A stretch of 64,000 nucleotides of DNA from Candidatus Zhuqueibacterota bacterium (GTDB taxonomy: Bacteria; Zhuqueibacterota; Zhuqueibacteria; Thermofontimicrobiales; Thermofontimicrobiaceae), in NCBI GenBank assembly GCA_049322915.1, contig JBMOPW010000013.1, forward strand, positions 32,001-96,000, in the 5' to 3' direction. The notes beneath the pieces are model-generated. The model searched no databases, was not told the origin of the DNA, and saw nothing but the letters and a program-made list of their open reading frames with translations. The position numbers and the translations under genes are program-made. How positions within the stretch are numbered: the stretch's first letter is position 1; each line of letters opens with the position of its first letter. This document shows, piece after piece, positions 9,174-19,643 of the stretch.

Positions 9174-10583
9174 ATGCGACACACTATCCTGTCAAAAAAG
9201 ATTTTCATTTTCTGGTTGCTTCTCACGATACAGCCGCTGCCGGCTCAGGACCAGTTCACGCTGTTCACGGTATTCGATCAACTTCACTGGGCTCCCGGCC
9301 GCACTCAGGTCGCGTTTCGCTGCCTGCTGCTGGATGAATCGCAGCCGAGCCGGATTCAGGCCAATGTATTGCTGAAGGATATTGCCGGCGATAAGCTCAT
9401 GTGCCTCAATCCCGCGGCCGAATCGTTTGCCATTTCCTCCGATAAAAAATGGCTGCTCTTCTCCGGTGTCTACGGGCTGTATCTGATGGAGTTAAACAGG
9501 CCCGGCTCGGCGGCGCACATCTATTTCCGAAATCCGGCCTCGCCGTGGATTTTTCAGGACTTCGGCTTTTTTGATGCTGAAGCGAAAATCTTCATCAACC
9601 GCTACCATCCTTCGGAAGAAAAAACGATTGCCGAAGTCTTCGAGCTTCAGCCCGTTCAATTTGAGGCGAACCGCATGACGGCGTGTTCGCTGGAGACGGT
9701 AAAAAAGAAGCGCTCCTGGCGCCCATCCAATCTGGTCGTGAATCGCATCGGAGAGCGCCGGCCGGACGCCTGGCGCTTCAAAGGCCGAACGCTCCGTTTT
9801 CAACCGTCGCCGGATTCGCCCGATGAATTTCACCTCATCGATCAGGCCGATGAAAATTCATCCCGGACCAGCAGGCTGCTGGATGCATGTCGGCCCCAAC
9901 TGGTGAGTCAGAGCCCAAATCGCGAACATGCCGTATTCTCCGTGCTCCGCGAGAATCATCACGTGAGCTATATTTATTCCGCCAATCAGGGCAGGTTGAC
10001 GCAACTGCTGTCTGAACGGCTGACTTCAATGGCCTGGGTGAATTCAACCTCTTACCTCTGCATCAACGAACACGGCCTGTTCCTGAGAGATATTCAACTG
10101 AATGTCAATCGGCGACTGGATGAATTTGAATTGCCGGCCTGGTGCCAAGGCATCGAATTGGAATTGCCGAGATACGAACTCCAGGTTGGATTTGAAAACG
10201 ATCGCGCCAAAGCCGATCACATGGCGTCCCGGCTCCGCGAACTTGGGTTTGATGGCCGGTTGATTTTTCACAAAAACCGGTTTCAAACCGGCTACGACAT
10301 CCGCGTGGGTGGCTTTGTGACGAAAAAGGCGGCCCGGGCGGAACGCGACAGGCTGGAGCAGCACGGCTTCACATGCCGCGTCGATTCAATTTCCGATAGC
10401 TACGATTATTTCAATCGGCCCTGGCCGGAAGAAACCAAAACGTCCGGCGATTACGTGGCTACGATCCAATACGCCCACGACGGATATCTGCGCTCGAGAA
10501 TTATGCTGCGAACAGGGAGCCGGTCCCGGCGCATTTTAGTCGATGAAATGAACACCATTCCCAATCGCGCGGAATGGAAATAA
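9174..10583 (+). CDS. Secreted protein with propeller-like N-terminus and SPOR domain
   Basis: Signal peptide MRHTILSKKIFIFWLLLTIQPLPAQ; YELQVG and YDIRVGGF..KKAA SPOR-like repeats. Confidence 0.65.
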   Translation: MRHTILSKKIFIFWLLLTIQPLPAQDQFTLFTVFDQLHWAPGRTQVAFRCLLLDESQPSRIQANVLLKDIAGDKLMCLNPAAESFAISSDKKWLLFSGVYGLYLMELNRPGSAAHIYFRNPASPWIFQDFGFFDAEAKIFINRYHPSEEKTIAEVFELQPVQFEANRMTACSLETVKKKRSWRPSNLVVNRIGERRPDAWRFKGRTLRFQPSPDSPDEFHLIDQADENSSRTSRLLDACRPQLVSQSPNREHAVFSVLRENHHVSYIYSANQGRLTQLLSERLTSMAWVNSTSYLCINEHGLFLRDIQLNVNRRLDEFELPAWCQGIELELPRYELQVGFENDRAKADHMASRLRELGFDGRLIFHKNRFQTGYDIRVGGFVTKKAARAERDRLEQHGFTCRVDSISDSYDYFNRPWPEETKTSGDYVATIQYAHDGYLRSRIMLRTGSRSRRILVDEMNTIPNRAEWK

Positions 10584-10621
10584 TGCAGGCAGAGACAGAA
10601 ACGGAAATTACAGGAGTTGGC

Positions 10622-11698
10622 ATGCAACCGACTGTGTATTTTATCGCTACGAAAAACGATGATAGCACCAACATGGTGCAGCAGAAATTCATGCAGTTGT
10701 ACAGGGAGTCGCGGGCGCACACCTGTTCCGAGTCAGGCGATCTGGCAGCGCTCAAAATTCATTTCGGCGAAGAGAAGAACACCACCCATATTCAGCCGGA
10801 ATTATTGAAGCCATTCATCGCTGAATTGAAGCGCAACGGGGTCAAGCCATTTTTCACCGACACCTGCGTGCTTTATCGCAGCCAGCGCTCCGACGCGGTC
10901 AGTCATTTGCTGCTGGCTGAAAAACATGGGTTTTCCATGCAGCATACCGGCGCTCCGGTCGTCATCGCGGACGGGCTTCGGGGACGGAACGAAATCGATG
11001 TGGCCATTCCCGGCCAACTGTTCACCAAAGTCTCCATCGCCACCGAAGCCGTCATCAGCAACGCCATGTTCGTTTTCACGCATGTCACCGGGCACATGGC
11101 TTCCGGACTTGGCGGCGCGCTGAAAAATCTGGGCATGGGGCTCGCCAGCCGCAAAGGTAAATTGCGCCAGCACTCCTCCGTAAGCCCGTCCATCGACGTG
11201 GCCAAATGCAATGGCTGCGGACAATGCCTGCTGTGGTGTCCGGAGAACGCCATCACCATGAACGGGAGCGTTGCGGTCATCAATCGAAAAATCTGCATTG
11301 GCTGCGGCGAATGCCTCACCGTCTGCCATTTCGGAGCGGTGAAATATAACTGGCAGACATCCAGCCAGGATCTTCAGCGGAAAATGACCGAGCATGCCCT
11401 CGGCGCGATTTACAACAAGAGAGATAAAACCTACTTCTTCAATTTTCTGACGAACATTACCAAAGATTGTGATTGCATGACCAGAGCCCAGCGCCCGATG
11501 ATGGACGACATCGGGATATTAGCCGGCAGCGACCCGGTGGCCATTGACAAAGCCAGCCTGGATTTGATCGAGCGCCACGCCGGCAAATCACTGGTCAGCA
11601 TGACCTACGATTCCCTCGATCCGCTCATTCAAATGCAGCACGGCGAGCGCATCGGGCTGGGCAGCATGACCTATCGGCTCGTTGAATTGAACCAATGA
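10622..11698 (+). CDS. DUF362 domain Fe-S protein
   Basis: KIHFGE, GGALKNLGMG, two ferredoxin-type Cys motifs, CDC, DPVAID; RBS AGGAG. Confidence 0.88.
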   Translation: MQPTVYFIATKNDDSTNMVQQKFMQLYRESRAHTCSESGDLAALKIHFGEEKNTTHIQPELLKPFIAELKRNGVKPFFTDTCVLYRSQRSDAVSHLLLAEKHGFSMQHTGAPVVIADGLRGRNEIDVAIPGQLFTKVSIATEAVISNAMFVFTHVTGHMASGLGGALKNLGMGLASRKGKLRQHSSVSPSIDVAKCNGCGQCLLWCPENAITMNGSVAVINRKICIGCGECLTVCHFGAVKYNWQTSSQDLQRKMTEHALGAIYNKRDKTYFFNFLTNITKDCDCMTRAQRPMMDDIGILAGSDPVAIDKASLDLIERHAGKSLVSMTYDSLDPLIQMQHGERIGLGSMTYRLVELNQ

Positions 11699-11711
11699 AA
11701 GCGATGGGAGA

Positions 11712-12269
11712 ATGGACTTTTTTGAAATTCTGAAACAGCGACGAAGCGTGCGGAAATACATCGATCAGCCGGTGGAGCCGGAGATTTTGGAACAGGTGAT
11801 GACCGCCGCTCAGAGCGCTCCGTCGTGGAAAAATGGCCAGTGCTGGAAATTCGTCGTGGTCACTGATCCTGAAATTAAAAAGCAGGTCATCGGTTTCACT
11901 GGCGTGTTCAACCAATCCTGGCTGAGGACCGAATACACCATCATCCTCGCGTGCGGCAATCCGGACGAAAGCGGCTATCGAAATGGGCAGCATTACTATC
12001 TGGTCGACGTTGCCATTGCCCTGCAAAACCTGGCGTTGGCGGCGACTGCCCTGGGTCTCGGCACCTGTTGGATAGGCGCTTTCGAGGAGGACAAGTTGAA
12101 ATCCCTGCTGAGAATCCCGGACGCGTATCGCATTGTCGCCATCACGCCGCTGGGCTATCCGGCAAAGAGCGAAGGGCTTGTGGGCAACATCGCTAAAACC
12201 GTTGTCCGCCGGGACACCCGGAAACCATTGTCCGACATTTTTAGTTACAACGGATGGGAGTCGCAATGA
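11712..12269 (+). CDS. Nitroreductase family protein
   Basis: RRSVRKY, APSWKNGQ, GLGTCWIG, LGYP. Confidence 0.9.
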   Translation: MDFFEILKQRRSVRKYIDQPVEPEILEQVMTAAQSAPSWKNGQCWKFVVVTDPEIKKQVIGFTGVFNQSWLRTEYTIILACGNPDESGYRNGQHYYLVDVAIALQNLALAATALGLGTCWIGAFEEDKLKSLLRIPDAYRIVAITPLGYPAKSEGLVGNIAKTVVRRDTRKPLSDIFSYNGWESQ

Positions 12270-13012
12270 CAGATCGAAACGAAATCGTCATGTTTTTGAA
12301 TGACCTGCTTCAGGTCAATGAATTTGAGGATTACTGCGTGAACGGCATGCAGGTCGAGGGAAAACGCGACGTCCGCAGCGTCGTGTTCGGTGTCAGCGCC
12401 AGCAAACGGCTCTTTGAAGCGGCCATTCAGCAGGGCGCGGATATGATTATCGTCCATCATGGCCTGTTCTGGAAAAGCGATCCCTCGCCGATGCAATTGA
12501 CCGGCACGCTGCGGGAACGGGTGGCGCTGCTCATTAAAAATGACATCAGCCTGCTCGGCTATCATCTTCCGCTGGACGCGCATCCGGAGTTGGGCAATAA
12601 CGCTCAGATTTTGAAGCGCCTCAATCTCGAACGCATCGCTCCGGTGAATGTGGGATTTCTGGGACAGCTTCCCCGGCCGGCGCCAATGGAGCAATTCGCC
12701 CGCATCGTCGAAGAGTCGCTGGAAACGAGCGCTCAGATTTTTCCGTACGGGCCGAACCTGGTTCAGCGCGTGCTGGTGATTAGCGGGGGCAGCTCGCAGC
12801 AATACAAAACAGCGGCGGTCATTGGCGCGGATACATTCATCGGTGGGGATATTCGGGAGAACATTGTGCGGGAATTGGAGGAGGTCGGATTGAATTTCAT
12901 TCATGCCGGCCATTACAACACGGAGAAATTCGGAGTGCAGGCCCTGGTTCAGGTCATCGCCAGCCAGTTCAACATCCCGTGCCGGTTCATCGACATTCCT
13001 AATCCGGTGTAG
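12266..13012 (+). CDS. Nif3-like dinuclear metal centre protein (YbgI family)
   Basis: NGMQVEG, VHHG, YHLPLDAH..GNN, GHYNTE, C-terminal NPV; ATGA overlap with the previous gene. Confidence 0.92.
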   Translation: MTDRNEIVMFLNDLLQVNEFEDYCVNGMQVEGKRDVRSVVFGVSASKRLFEAAIQQGADMIIVHHGLFWKSDPSPMQLTGTLRERVALLIKNDISLLGYHLPLDAHPELGNNAQILKRLNLERIAPVNVGFLGQLPRPAPMEQFARIVEESLETSAQIFPYGPNLVQRVLVISGGSSQQYKTAAVIGADTFIGGDIRENIVRELEEVGLNFIHAGHYNTEKFGVQALVQVIASQFNIPCRFIDIPNPV

Positions 13013-13141
13013 CGTTCACTATTTTACAGGAAAGAAATGTCGCGCAAAAATTTCTCTTGACTTTGAAGAATTATTTTTATATTTATGGGTCGGCTCTAAT
13101 AAGCCTTAAAAGGCTTTGATACGTTGGTAATGATATCTTTT

Positions 13142-13259
13142 CCACGTCATAAATGACGAGGCAATTCAATTGAAAAAATCAAAAGTTTGATAAATTGAAT
13201 AGCCCCGACTTTTAAGTCGGGGAATAGAAATTCACCTCTGATTTTGGGTCTTCAGCCCC
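13142..13259. repeat. Inverted pair of REP-like palindromes (REPIN-like)
   Basis: 13142-13170 (reverse complement ATTGAATTGCCTCGTCATTTATGACGTGG) aligns with 13194-13222 (ATTGAATAGCCCCGACTTTTAAGTCGGGG); followed by GGGTCTTCAGCCC. Confidence 0.6.
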
Positions 13260-13421
13260 TTTTTCGAGTGGACTCATTTATCAATGAATAATAAGACCAA
13301 TCTCAACGGCCATCCCGCGAAATCGTGAGGTGAGGGGTTTTTCCACTGCGACGAGCGGTGAAGTCGTTGAATTCATAGTCGCACCGTACCGGTGCGTAAT
13401 TTAAATTCGGGTGAAAATCCC

Positions 13422-15443
13422 ATGAATGACATTCGTCTTTTATTGGCTGACAAAAATTTATCGTATCTCGAAATAGCCAGAAAAATGCTTCGGTTTCACA
13501 ATGAAGCTTATCAGGTGGATGTAGCCACTACCGGTGACGAATGTTTTCAGAAGCTATTTGAAAATGAATACGATCTGCTTCTGCTGGACTATGACATCGA
13601 TGAGAAAAAGGGCTTGGAGATATTGCCCCGAATCATCAAATCCGGTCTCGATGTGCCGGTGGTGATGGTCATCGAAGAAGGCCAGGAAGACATTGCATTC
13701 AAGGCCATTGAGCTCGGCGCCTACGATTACATCATGAAAGTGCGCGGCTACCTCACGGCGCTGCCCTTCACCGTCGGCAAAGTGCTCGAAAAACGAAAAT
13801 TTAAAACGACCAAACCTCCCCAGGAAATTCAGGAGCAGGCGCCGCAAGTAACTCCGGAAGAAGAGCCGCCGCTCACATTTTCCCCGGCAGATGAGACGCT
13901 CTCCAACGAAGCTTTTTATATTCTCGACCGCAAGGGCCGATTCCTCTCGGCCAATCAGAAATTGCAGGAGCAGTTGAATTTCAGTGAAGAAGAACTGCTG
14001 GAACTCACGCTCAGCGATTTGTTGCCGGCGGACCAGGACCGAAGTTTTTACCAGTGGTTAGCGCGGGTGGACATGGGCGCGTCCGATGAATCCTTTGTCA
14101 CACAGATTCTCGGCAAGCATGGCGCGAGGATGCCAGTGGAATTATCCATTTCGCCCATGCGCAATAGAAACAGCGAAGTGATTAGCTACAAGGGTCGCAT
14201 CAAATTCTCCCCGAAGAAAGAGGAGAAAATCGCCCCATCCAATGGCTATTTTGACCAGAGCCGCATGATTCACGAACTGGTCAAATTGATCCATCAGAGC
14301 TATGACGATTCGTTCAATCATCTGCTGGAGCGCATCAGCCAGCTTGTCTGCCAGATTTTTCAATTCAAACGCAGCACCCTGGCCCTGCTGGATCGGCGCA
14401 AGAAAATATTTGTCAAACAGATTTTGATCGGCTACAGCAATGGCGTCCCGGCGGAGAAAAAGCGAATCATGGAAGTGCCCCAGGACGTCATCGAAAAAGT
14501 GTTCTCCAGCCAATATAAAGTGCGGGTCATCTATCACGACCAAAATTTCAACGGCAGCGCGCCCTCGCGGATGAATGAGCGACGTTCGCAGCCGCGACGC
14601 GAGGACAAAAACTGGCACCCCCAGGATTTGATCATTTTCAATCTCACGGATAGCAATGATCAGACCTTTGGCTATATTTCCGTGGACAACCCCATCGAAG
14701 CGGTGGCGCCCTCCCGGGATATCTTCAAAAACATGGAGATTTTCACCAGCATGGTCTCGCTGGCCATCGAAAATTTCTATCGATTCGCCTCCGTGGAAAA
14801 ACGCAATCGCCGGCTCAAACAGCTCCTCGTCACGAGTAATATTTTCAAGCTGCACCTGAGCATCGCAGAAATGATGAAGGAAATTGTGTGGGCGGTGAAA
14901 TTTTCGATGAACTACAACCTGGTGCTTTTAGGGCTCATCAGCAGAAAGACGCGGCGACTGGAGTTCAAATCCGTTGCCTGCGACGATCGCATCAAAACGA
15001 TTCAGTTGAAGGAAGAATCCATTCCCATCGAAGTGCTGCGCACGATTTTCAAAAAGGAATACCAGCGAGGCAAGTCCTATCTGGTGACGCGATCCGAACC
15101 GGCGCTTCGCAAGCTGAAAGATTTGTATTACGACACGAAAGTCGAAGCCAGCGGCGATCGCTACTGGCCGTGGTGGTCGATGCTCATCGTTCCCATCTAT
15201 GAACGACAGGGGAAAATTATCGGATTCATCATCGTGGACGATCCGGCCGATTGTCTGTTGCCCGGCAAGGAAGACATTCACACCCTGGAAATTTTGGCCA
15301 ACCAGGTCTCGGTGGCCATTGAAAACCGGCTGACTTATTTGCAGTTGCAGGACAGGGCATTCGACCGCAGGCCAACGTCCCAGCGCGACGACGATAAAAA
15401 CGAAGGCAGCATCAAGAAAATTGTCGATATGTTTTTCCGATGA
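13422..15443 (+). CDS. Signalling protein with REC-PAS-GAF-GAF domains and no recognisable output domain
   Basis: Receiver (DLLLLDY, GAYDYIMK), PAS (ILDRKGRFLSAN), two GAF-like segments ending SLAIEN and SVAIEN. Confidence 0.8.
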   Translation: MNDIRLLLADKNLSYLEIARKMLRFHNEAYQVDVATTGDECFQKLFENEYDLLLLDYDIDEKKGLEILPRIIKSGLDVPVVMVIEEGQEDIAFKAIELGAYDYIMKVRGYLTALPFTVGKVLEKRKFKTTKPPQEIQEQAPQVTPEEEPPLTFSPADETLSNEAFYILDRKGRFLSANQKLQEQLNFSEEELLELTLSDLLPADQDRSFYQWLARVDMGASDESFVTQILGKHGARMPVELSISPMRNRNSEVISYKGRIKFSPKKEEKIAPSNGYFDQSRMIHELVKLIHQSYDDSFNHLLERISQLVCQIFQFKRSTLALLDRRKKIFVKQILIGYSNGVPAEKKRIMEVPQDVIEKVFSSQYKVRVIYHDQNFNGSAPSRMNERRSQPRREDKNWHPQDLIIFNLTDSNDQTFGYISVDNPIEAVAPSRDIFKNMEIFTSMVSLAIENFYRFASVEKRNRRLKQLLVTSNIFKLHLSIAEMMKEIVWAVKFSMNYNLVLLGLISRKTRRLEFKSVACDDRIKTIQLKEESIPIEVLRTIFKKEYQRGKSYLVTRSEPALRKLKDLYYDTKVEASGDRYWPWWSMLIVPIYERQGKIIGFIIVDDPADCLLPGKEDIHTLEILANQVSVAIENRLTYLQLQDRAFDRRPTSQRDDDKNEGSIKKIVDMFFR

Positions 15444-15594
15444 CAGGAGCCAGCCATCGCGCCCGCCTGATTTCAGTCATTCGAATTTCCTCCCTCCATT
15501 TCCCATGAAACCTGTCTACGGCTTTTTCAGACATTGACTCCGGCGATCGCTCCGTTTTCAGCTATCCATTAAAAATAGCGGCCTGCATCAACCC

Positions 15595-16854
15595 TCAAAT
15601 TTCATCTTCACAGACCACATCTTCATCCCATCGTTGCACAAGATAATTTCTATTCTGCTCAAACGCTTCGGCCTGACGTTCAATCACCTCTTCTGCCTGC
15701 GCATCGTTCAAGTCCCGGACCTCATTCACCAGCGCTGCGACCCGGGCAAAATAGAGCGGGGTCATTGAATTCACCAGGCGCTGCTTCTCCCCTTTGCAGT
15801 GATGAAATGCCGCTGCAAAGTCGTAGACAATTCCCGACCACTGTTCCGGCCCCATTGAAAATTCGGTCTCATCCGCCCGCGATAGCTTTTCAATGATCTG
15901 CCAGTTTTCACGGGCCAGAATTTTTTGCCACGTCCGACGATGGCTGAAAAATCCTGCTTTGAAATCCCCCACCAGTTTCGCGAGATTAACGGTGAACGGC
16001 CTGGGCGTGATGCGCTCGGAAGGCCCGAGCATCGGAACAGGAGCACTTTGCTGAGCCAGTTTCCAGACCGGCGCGTGTACTTCCATTCGGGACAGGAGGG
16101 TTGAAACAACCTGGTTGAGCATGGGTCCCAGCGATTCCGCCGGATCTTTCACATCGTGTATTTTCGCGCCCAGATTGACCTGAGCAACCCTGGCCCCGTG
16201 CGCCAACGCCGTGGTCGTCAGCCAGATATCAATGCCGAACCGGGCGACATCGGTCTCCCAGACATTCTCAGTCATATAGCGCTGAATCATCGGCCGGGAA
16301 AAAGCAAAATCGCCGCCAATAGGCTGTCGCACGCGATGGCCGAACAGCGCCCTGATGATGGGATACACAATGGTATTGGTGATGGTGCCATCGTATTTGA
16401 AGCGCGAGTAGTAAGGTGCGACAAAATCGTAGGCGTCGCTGAGGATGGCATCCGCCATGTATTTCACCCACTCCGGCGAGATGGAGCGGAGATCGGCGTC
16501 GAACAAGGCGCACACATTCGCCTTCATCAGATCTGCCGCTTCAAGAATGGATCGGACGGCCGTGCCTTTGCCGGGGATTCCCCTGTAAATGGAAACAATG
16601 CGATGCACCCCGGGATTGGGCAGCGCTTCCATGGCGACCTCCCTCGTATCGTCCACAGAACCACCATCGGCCAGAAAAACCGCGCCGGTGAGGTGCGGAA
16701 AATGCCGCGTCAATCCGGATTCCACGGCGTTCAGGACGTGCGCGATGGTCGATTCATTGTTGAAACAGGGCACTCCCACCAAAATATCCACCGCGCCAAT
16801 GCGCTCAATCTGCTGCCGAATCGATGGGCGCAAGGCTGTGCTGTAGTGTTTCAT
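15595..16854 (-). CDS. GT-A glycosyltransferase, glucosylglycerate/mannosylglycerate synthase-like
   Basis: GVPCFNNE, DGGSVDDT, PGKGTA, DADLRSI, KYDGTITN, RQPIGGDF, FGIDIWLT, KIHD, PLYFARVA. Confidence 0.75.
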   Translation of the reverse strand: MKHYSTALRPSIRQQIERIGAVDILVGVPCFNNESTIAHVLNAVESGLTRHFPHLTGAVFLADGGSVDDTREVAMEALPNPGVHRIVSIYRGIPGKGTAVRSILEAADLMKANVCALFDADLRSISPEWVKYMADAILSDAYDFVAPYYSRFKYDGTITNTIVYPIIRALFGHRVRQPIGGDFAFSRPMIQRYMTENVWETDVARFGIDIWLTTTALAHGARVAQVNLGAKIHDVKDPAESLGPMLNQVVSTLLSRMEVHAPVWKLAQQSAPVPMLGPSERITPRPFTVNLAKLVGDFKAGFFSHRRTWQKILARENWQIIEKLSRADETEFSMGPEQWSGIVYDFAAAFHHCKGEKQRLVNSMTPLYFARVAALVNEVRDLNDAQAEEVIERQAEAFEQNRNYLVQRWDEDVVCEDEI

Positions 16855-17137
16855 ACTCTCCCCAAAGTGATAGTGATGCGTCAAATAGGCTGGTGACTTT
16901 CGTTGAACGAACTCGGTAAATCGGGATCGGCTCTGATTCAGCTATTCGAAGCAATGCTTCCGCAATGTGACCGCAAAAAAAATTATCGGCGCTATCGAGT
17001 TGTTTGCAGAGGCGCTGCGATGCACGAAGACTTCACTGTCCTGATTCATCTGAAACGTCATTCGGACGATATCGGGCGACATTCTGATGAGCGGGTACGG
17101 CCCCTGCCATTGCGCGTTTCGGAAAAAGCCGAGCCCC

Positions 17138-18025
17138 TCATGCGCCGGCCGGTTTCTCCTGCCCGCCTGGCTGGCCGGTGTCCTCCTGTCCATAGACCTG
17201 CACCGGAAACGGTCGTGACATAGATCCGGCGTACAGCGACAGATGCCTGAATGCGATTTCGATGTTCTCTTTTTCAAAACGGTTTTTGATATCTTCGGCG
17301 ATGCTGTTTTTCAATTTCAGCCAGTTGGATTTCTCGGCCCAGACCCAGAGGATGAGTTCGTACGACGAGTCGCCGAACTCGTTGAAATATACAAATGGCT
17401 CCGGCTCTTTCAGACACAGCGCATTTTTATCGGCGACATCGAGGAGCGCCTGGCGCACGCGGCCGATGTTTTCGCGGTAGACAATGTTGAGATTGATATC
17501 CACGCGCCGGATGGGAAAATGCGTCATGTTGATGACATCCGTTTTGATGATGGTTTCGTTGGGAATGCGGATGTACTGGTTGTCGAACGTCCGCAATTTC
17601 ACCGAGAGAAAATCGATGGAGAGAACCACGCCGGTGTTGGTTCCCACGGTGATGATATCGTTCACTTCGAAAGGCTTTTCAGCCAGCAGAAAAAGACCGC
17701 TGATGATGTTGGAAACACTGGTTTGCGATGCAAAGCCGATGGCCAGCGTGGCGATGCCTGCTGCGCCCAACAGCGTTGTCAATTCGAATCCGACTTCGCG
17801 CAGGGCCGAGAACAGGATGAAGGCGATGCCGGTGTAGAGCACGAATTTGCCCAAAATCATGCTTTGCTGCGCTGAAAATTTTTTGACTGAATATTTCTTA
17901 ACTGTCCGGCTGAGAAAGAACACGATGGGGAGACCAATGATCAATACCAGCGCCAATCTCACGATGGATTCAATTTTCGCGGCTGTGAAAAACGTGGCGA
18001 AACTGAAGGTATTCAAAAAGTCCAT
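17138..18025 (-). CDS. mscS: Small-conductance mechanosensitive channel
   Basis: GAAGIATLAIGFASQ..SNIISG, PFEVND, IPNE, FGDSS. Confidence 0.92.
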   Translation of the reverse strand: MDFLNTFSFATFFTAAKIESIVRLALVLIIGLPIVFFLSRTVKKYSVKKFSAQQSMILGKFVLYTGIAFILFSALREVGFELTTLLGAAGIATLAIGFASQTSVSNIISGLFLLAEKPFEVNDIITVGTNTGVVLSIDFLSVKLRTFDNQYIRIPNETIIKTDVINMTHFPIRRVDINLNIVYRENIGRVRQALLDVADKNALCLKEPEPFVYFNEFGDSSYELILWVWAEKSNWLKLKNSIAEDIKNRFEKENIEIAFRHLSLYAGSMSRPFPVQVYGQEDTGQPGGQEKPAGA

Positions 18026-18035
18026 ACTGTCCTCC

Positions 18036-18851
18036 TTAGATTGTGGGGATTCCCAGGCCGGGCAAATCTTTGATCGAAGAAAACGTCTTGGCGAATAAAT
18101 TTTTCCGCTGAGGCATGCGCGGCAAGGCGATCAATGCCGCCGATTTCGCGTCATCGGGCGGAGAGCCGCTCGCTTCAACCTGGCTGACTTCCTGCTCTCC
18201 TGTGTAATAAATACGATTCAGATCCGACCAGAGCTGGCCTTCATGAATGAATAGCGAAAGGTTGGATACCCGAAAGCAGATTTTTTCGACGAGCAGATCT
18301 TCCTCGGAATTATTGATGAGTTCGAGCGGGCAGACTGCCAAATAGGGTCGGGTTGGATCCGGCTCTCCTTTTCGCGCGGCATTGGTCGCAATCCAATAGG
18401 ATACTTCGCCTTCATAAAAATCGCCGAACCAGGTCGTGGCCAGGCTGACGCTGGGAATTTCGGCCAGCGGTTTGGTCTTTTTCCGCTCGGACAAATTCAC
18501 CTGCAGCCACACCGGGATGCGGACGTAGATGGTGGCTTTGATATGGCGCGTCAGCCAGAATCGCGAATTAAATTTCAGGACAACGGAACGATCAGGCAAC
18601 ATGGGCGTCAGTTCAATTTTCCTCAGCCGCGCGTCCACAGCCCAACGCGTCCAGCGCACCGTGTCCGGGACTGCCGGAAGAGACGGCGTCTGTTCATCCG
18701 CGTGATGGAAACAGGCCAGTTGAATCTCCTTCTCACATTTCCGGCACCAGAGCTGCAATATCCCCAACCGCCAGGTCTGGATGGAATTCTCTTTCACTTC
18801 ATGCTGTCCCCACAGTGTCTGTGAGACATGATTATCACTGTGTCGTGCCAT
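18036..18851 (-). CDS. DUF432-like protein
   Basis: PMLPDRSVV, YVRIP, TWFG...GEVSYW, VCPLELIN; adjacent to mscS. Confidence 0.65.
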   Translation of the reverse strand: MARHSDNHVSQTLWGQHEVKENSIQTWRLGILQLWCRKCEKEIQLACFHHADEQTPSLPAVPDTVRWTRWAVDARLRKIELTPMLPDRSVVLKFNSRFWLTRHIKATIYVRIPVWLQVNLSERKKTKPLAEIPSVSLATTWFGDFYEGEVSYWIATNAARKGEPDPTRPYLAVCPLELINNSEEDLLVEKICFRVSNLSLFIHEGQLWSDLNRIYYTGEQEVSQVEASGSPPDDAKSAALIALPRMPQRKNLFAKTFSSIKDLPGLGIPTI

Positions 18852-18879
18852 GCGCTCTCCCTGCTTTATATTTTCCCGG

Positions 18880-19455
18880 TTAACCCTCCGGCGTAATTCT
18901 CCGGTAGATTTCCTTCGAATTCACCGGGACGAAACTCTTGCTCACAAAGCTAATGTTCTCGATGGTATAAAACGCCTGGGGATTATAATCTTTTATGATA
19001 TTGACAATCTTTTGAATATTCTTCCGTTTAATAATGGTGAAAATAATTTTCACTCTGCCGGTCACCCCTTCCGCATCCACATTGGTGACGGTGTAGCCAT
19101 CGGATTTCAATCGCTCCACCAATTCATCGGCTTCCATCCGCGTGATGACTCGGATCATGACCATTCCCATGGCAATTTTATTTTCGATGAAAATGCCCAC
19201 GAAATTGCCGAACGAGAAGCCCAGGGCAAAGGCGATGAAATTGGCCGGGTTATCCAGATTTTTCATCACCTGGGTGATGGCCAGCAGCCAAATATTCACT
19301 TCAATGAAACCAAGCAGCGGCGCCAGCAGCTTCATATTCTTGGCAAGAAATATGATGCGAATCGTGCTGATTGTGACATTCAAAATCATCGCCAGGAAAA
19401 TCAACAGCGGCGTGACGAACCAAATATCCAACATTGAACTCATTGACATCTCCAC
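18880..19455 (-). CDS. DUF2179/UPF0316 membrane protein, paralog 1
   Basis: GFIEVNIWL, ALGFSFGNFVG, GYTVT..AEG, NPQAFY. Confidence 0.85.
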   Translation of the reverse strand: MEMSMSSMLDIWFVTPLLIFLAMILNVTISTIRIIFLAKNMKLLAPLLGFIEVNIWLLAITQVMKNLDNPANFIAFALGFSFGNFVGIFIENKIAMGMVMIRVITRMEADELVERLKSDGYTVTNVDAEGVTGRVKIIFTIIKRKNIQKIVNIIKDYNPQAFYTIENISFVSKSFVPVNSKEIYRRITPEG

Positions 19456-19537
19456 TTTTTATACAATTCCTCTAACATCGATATGATTTATGAATCATTG
19501 AAGCGACCAGTCAAAAATGCTTCGCCCGCACCGTTTT

Positions 19538-19604
19538 GATCGCGCTGGATATTCATCCTGCGCGGGCAATGGCGGGGACGGCTGTCCCGGAACTGGCGAA
19601 CCGT
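19538..19604 (+). repeat. Degenerate family A repeat, copy 3
   Basis: GATCGCGCTGGATATTCATCCTGCGCGGGCAATGGC...GGCGAACCGT aligns without gaps to 8968-9034. Confidence 0.7.
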
Positions 19605-19643
19605 CATGGCGACAATCAAAGCAGGGCTGCCATCCTCTGCCGG

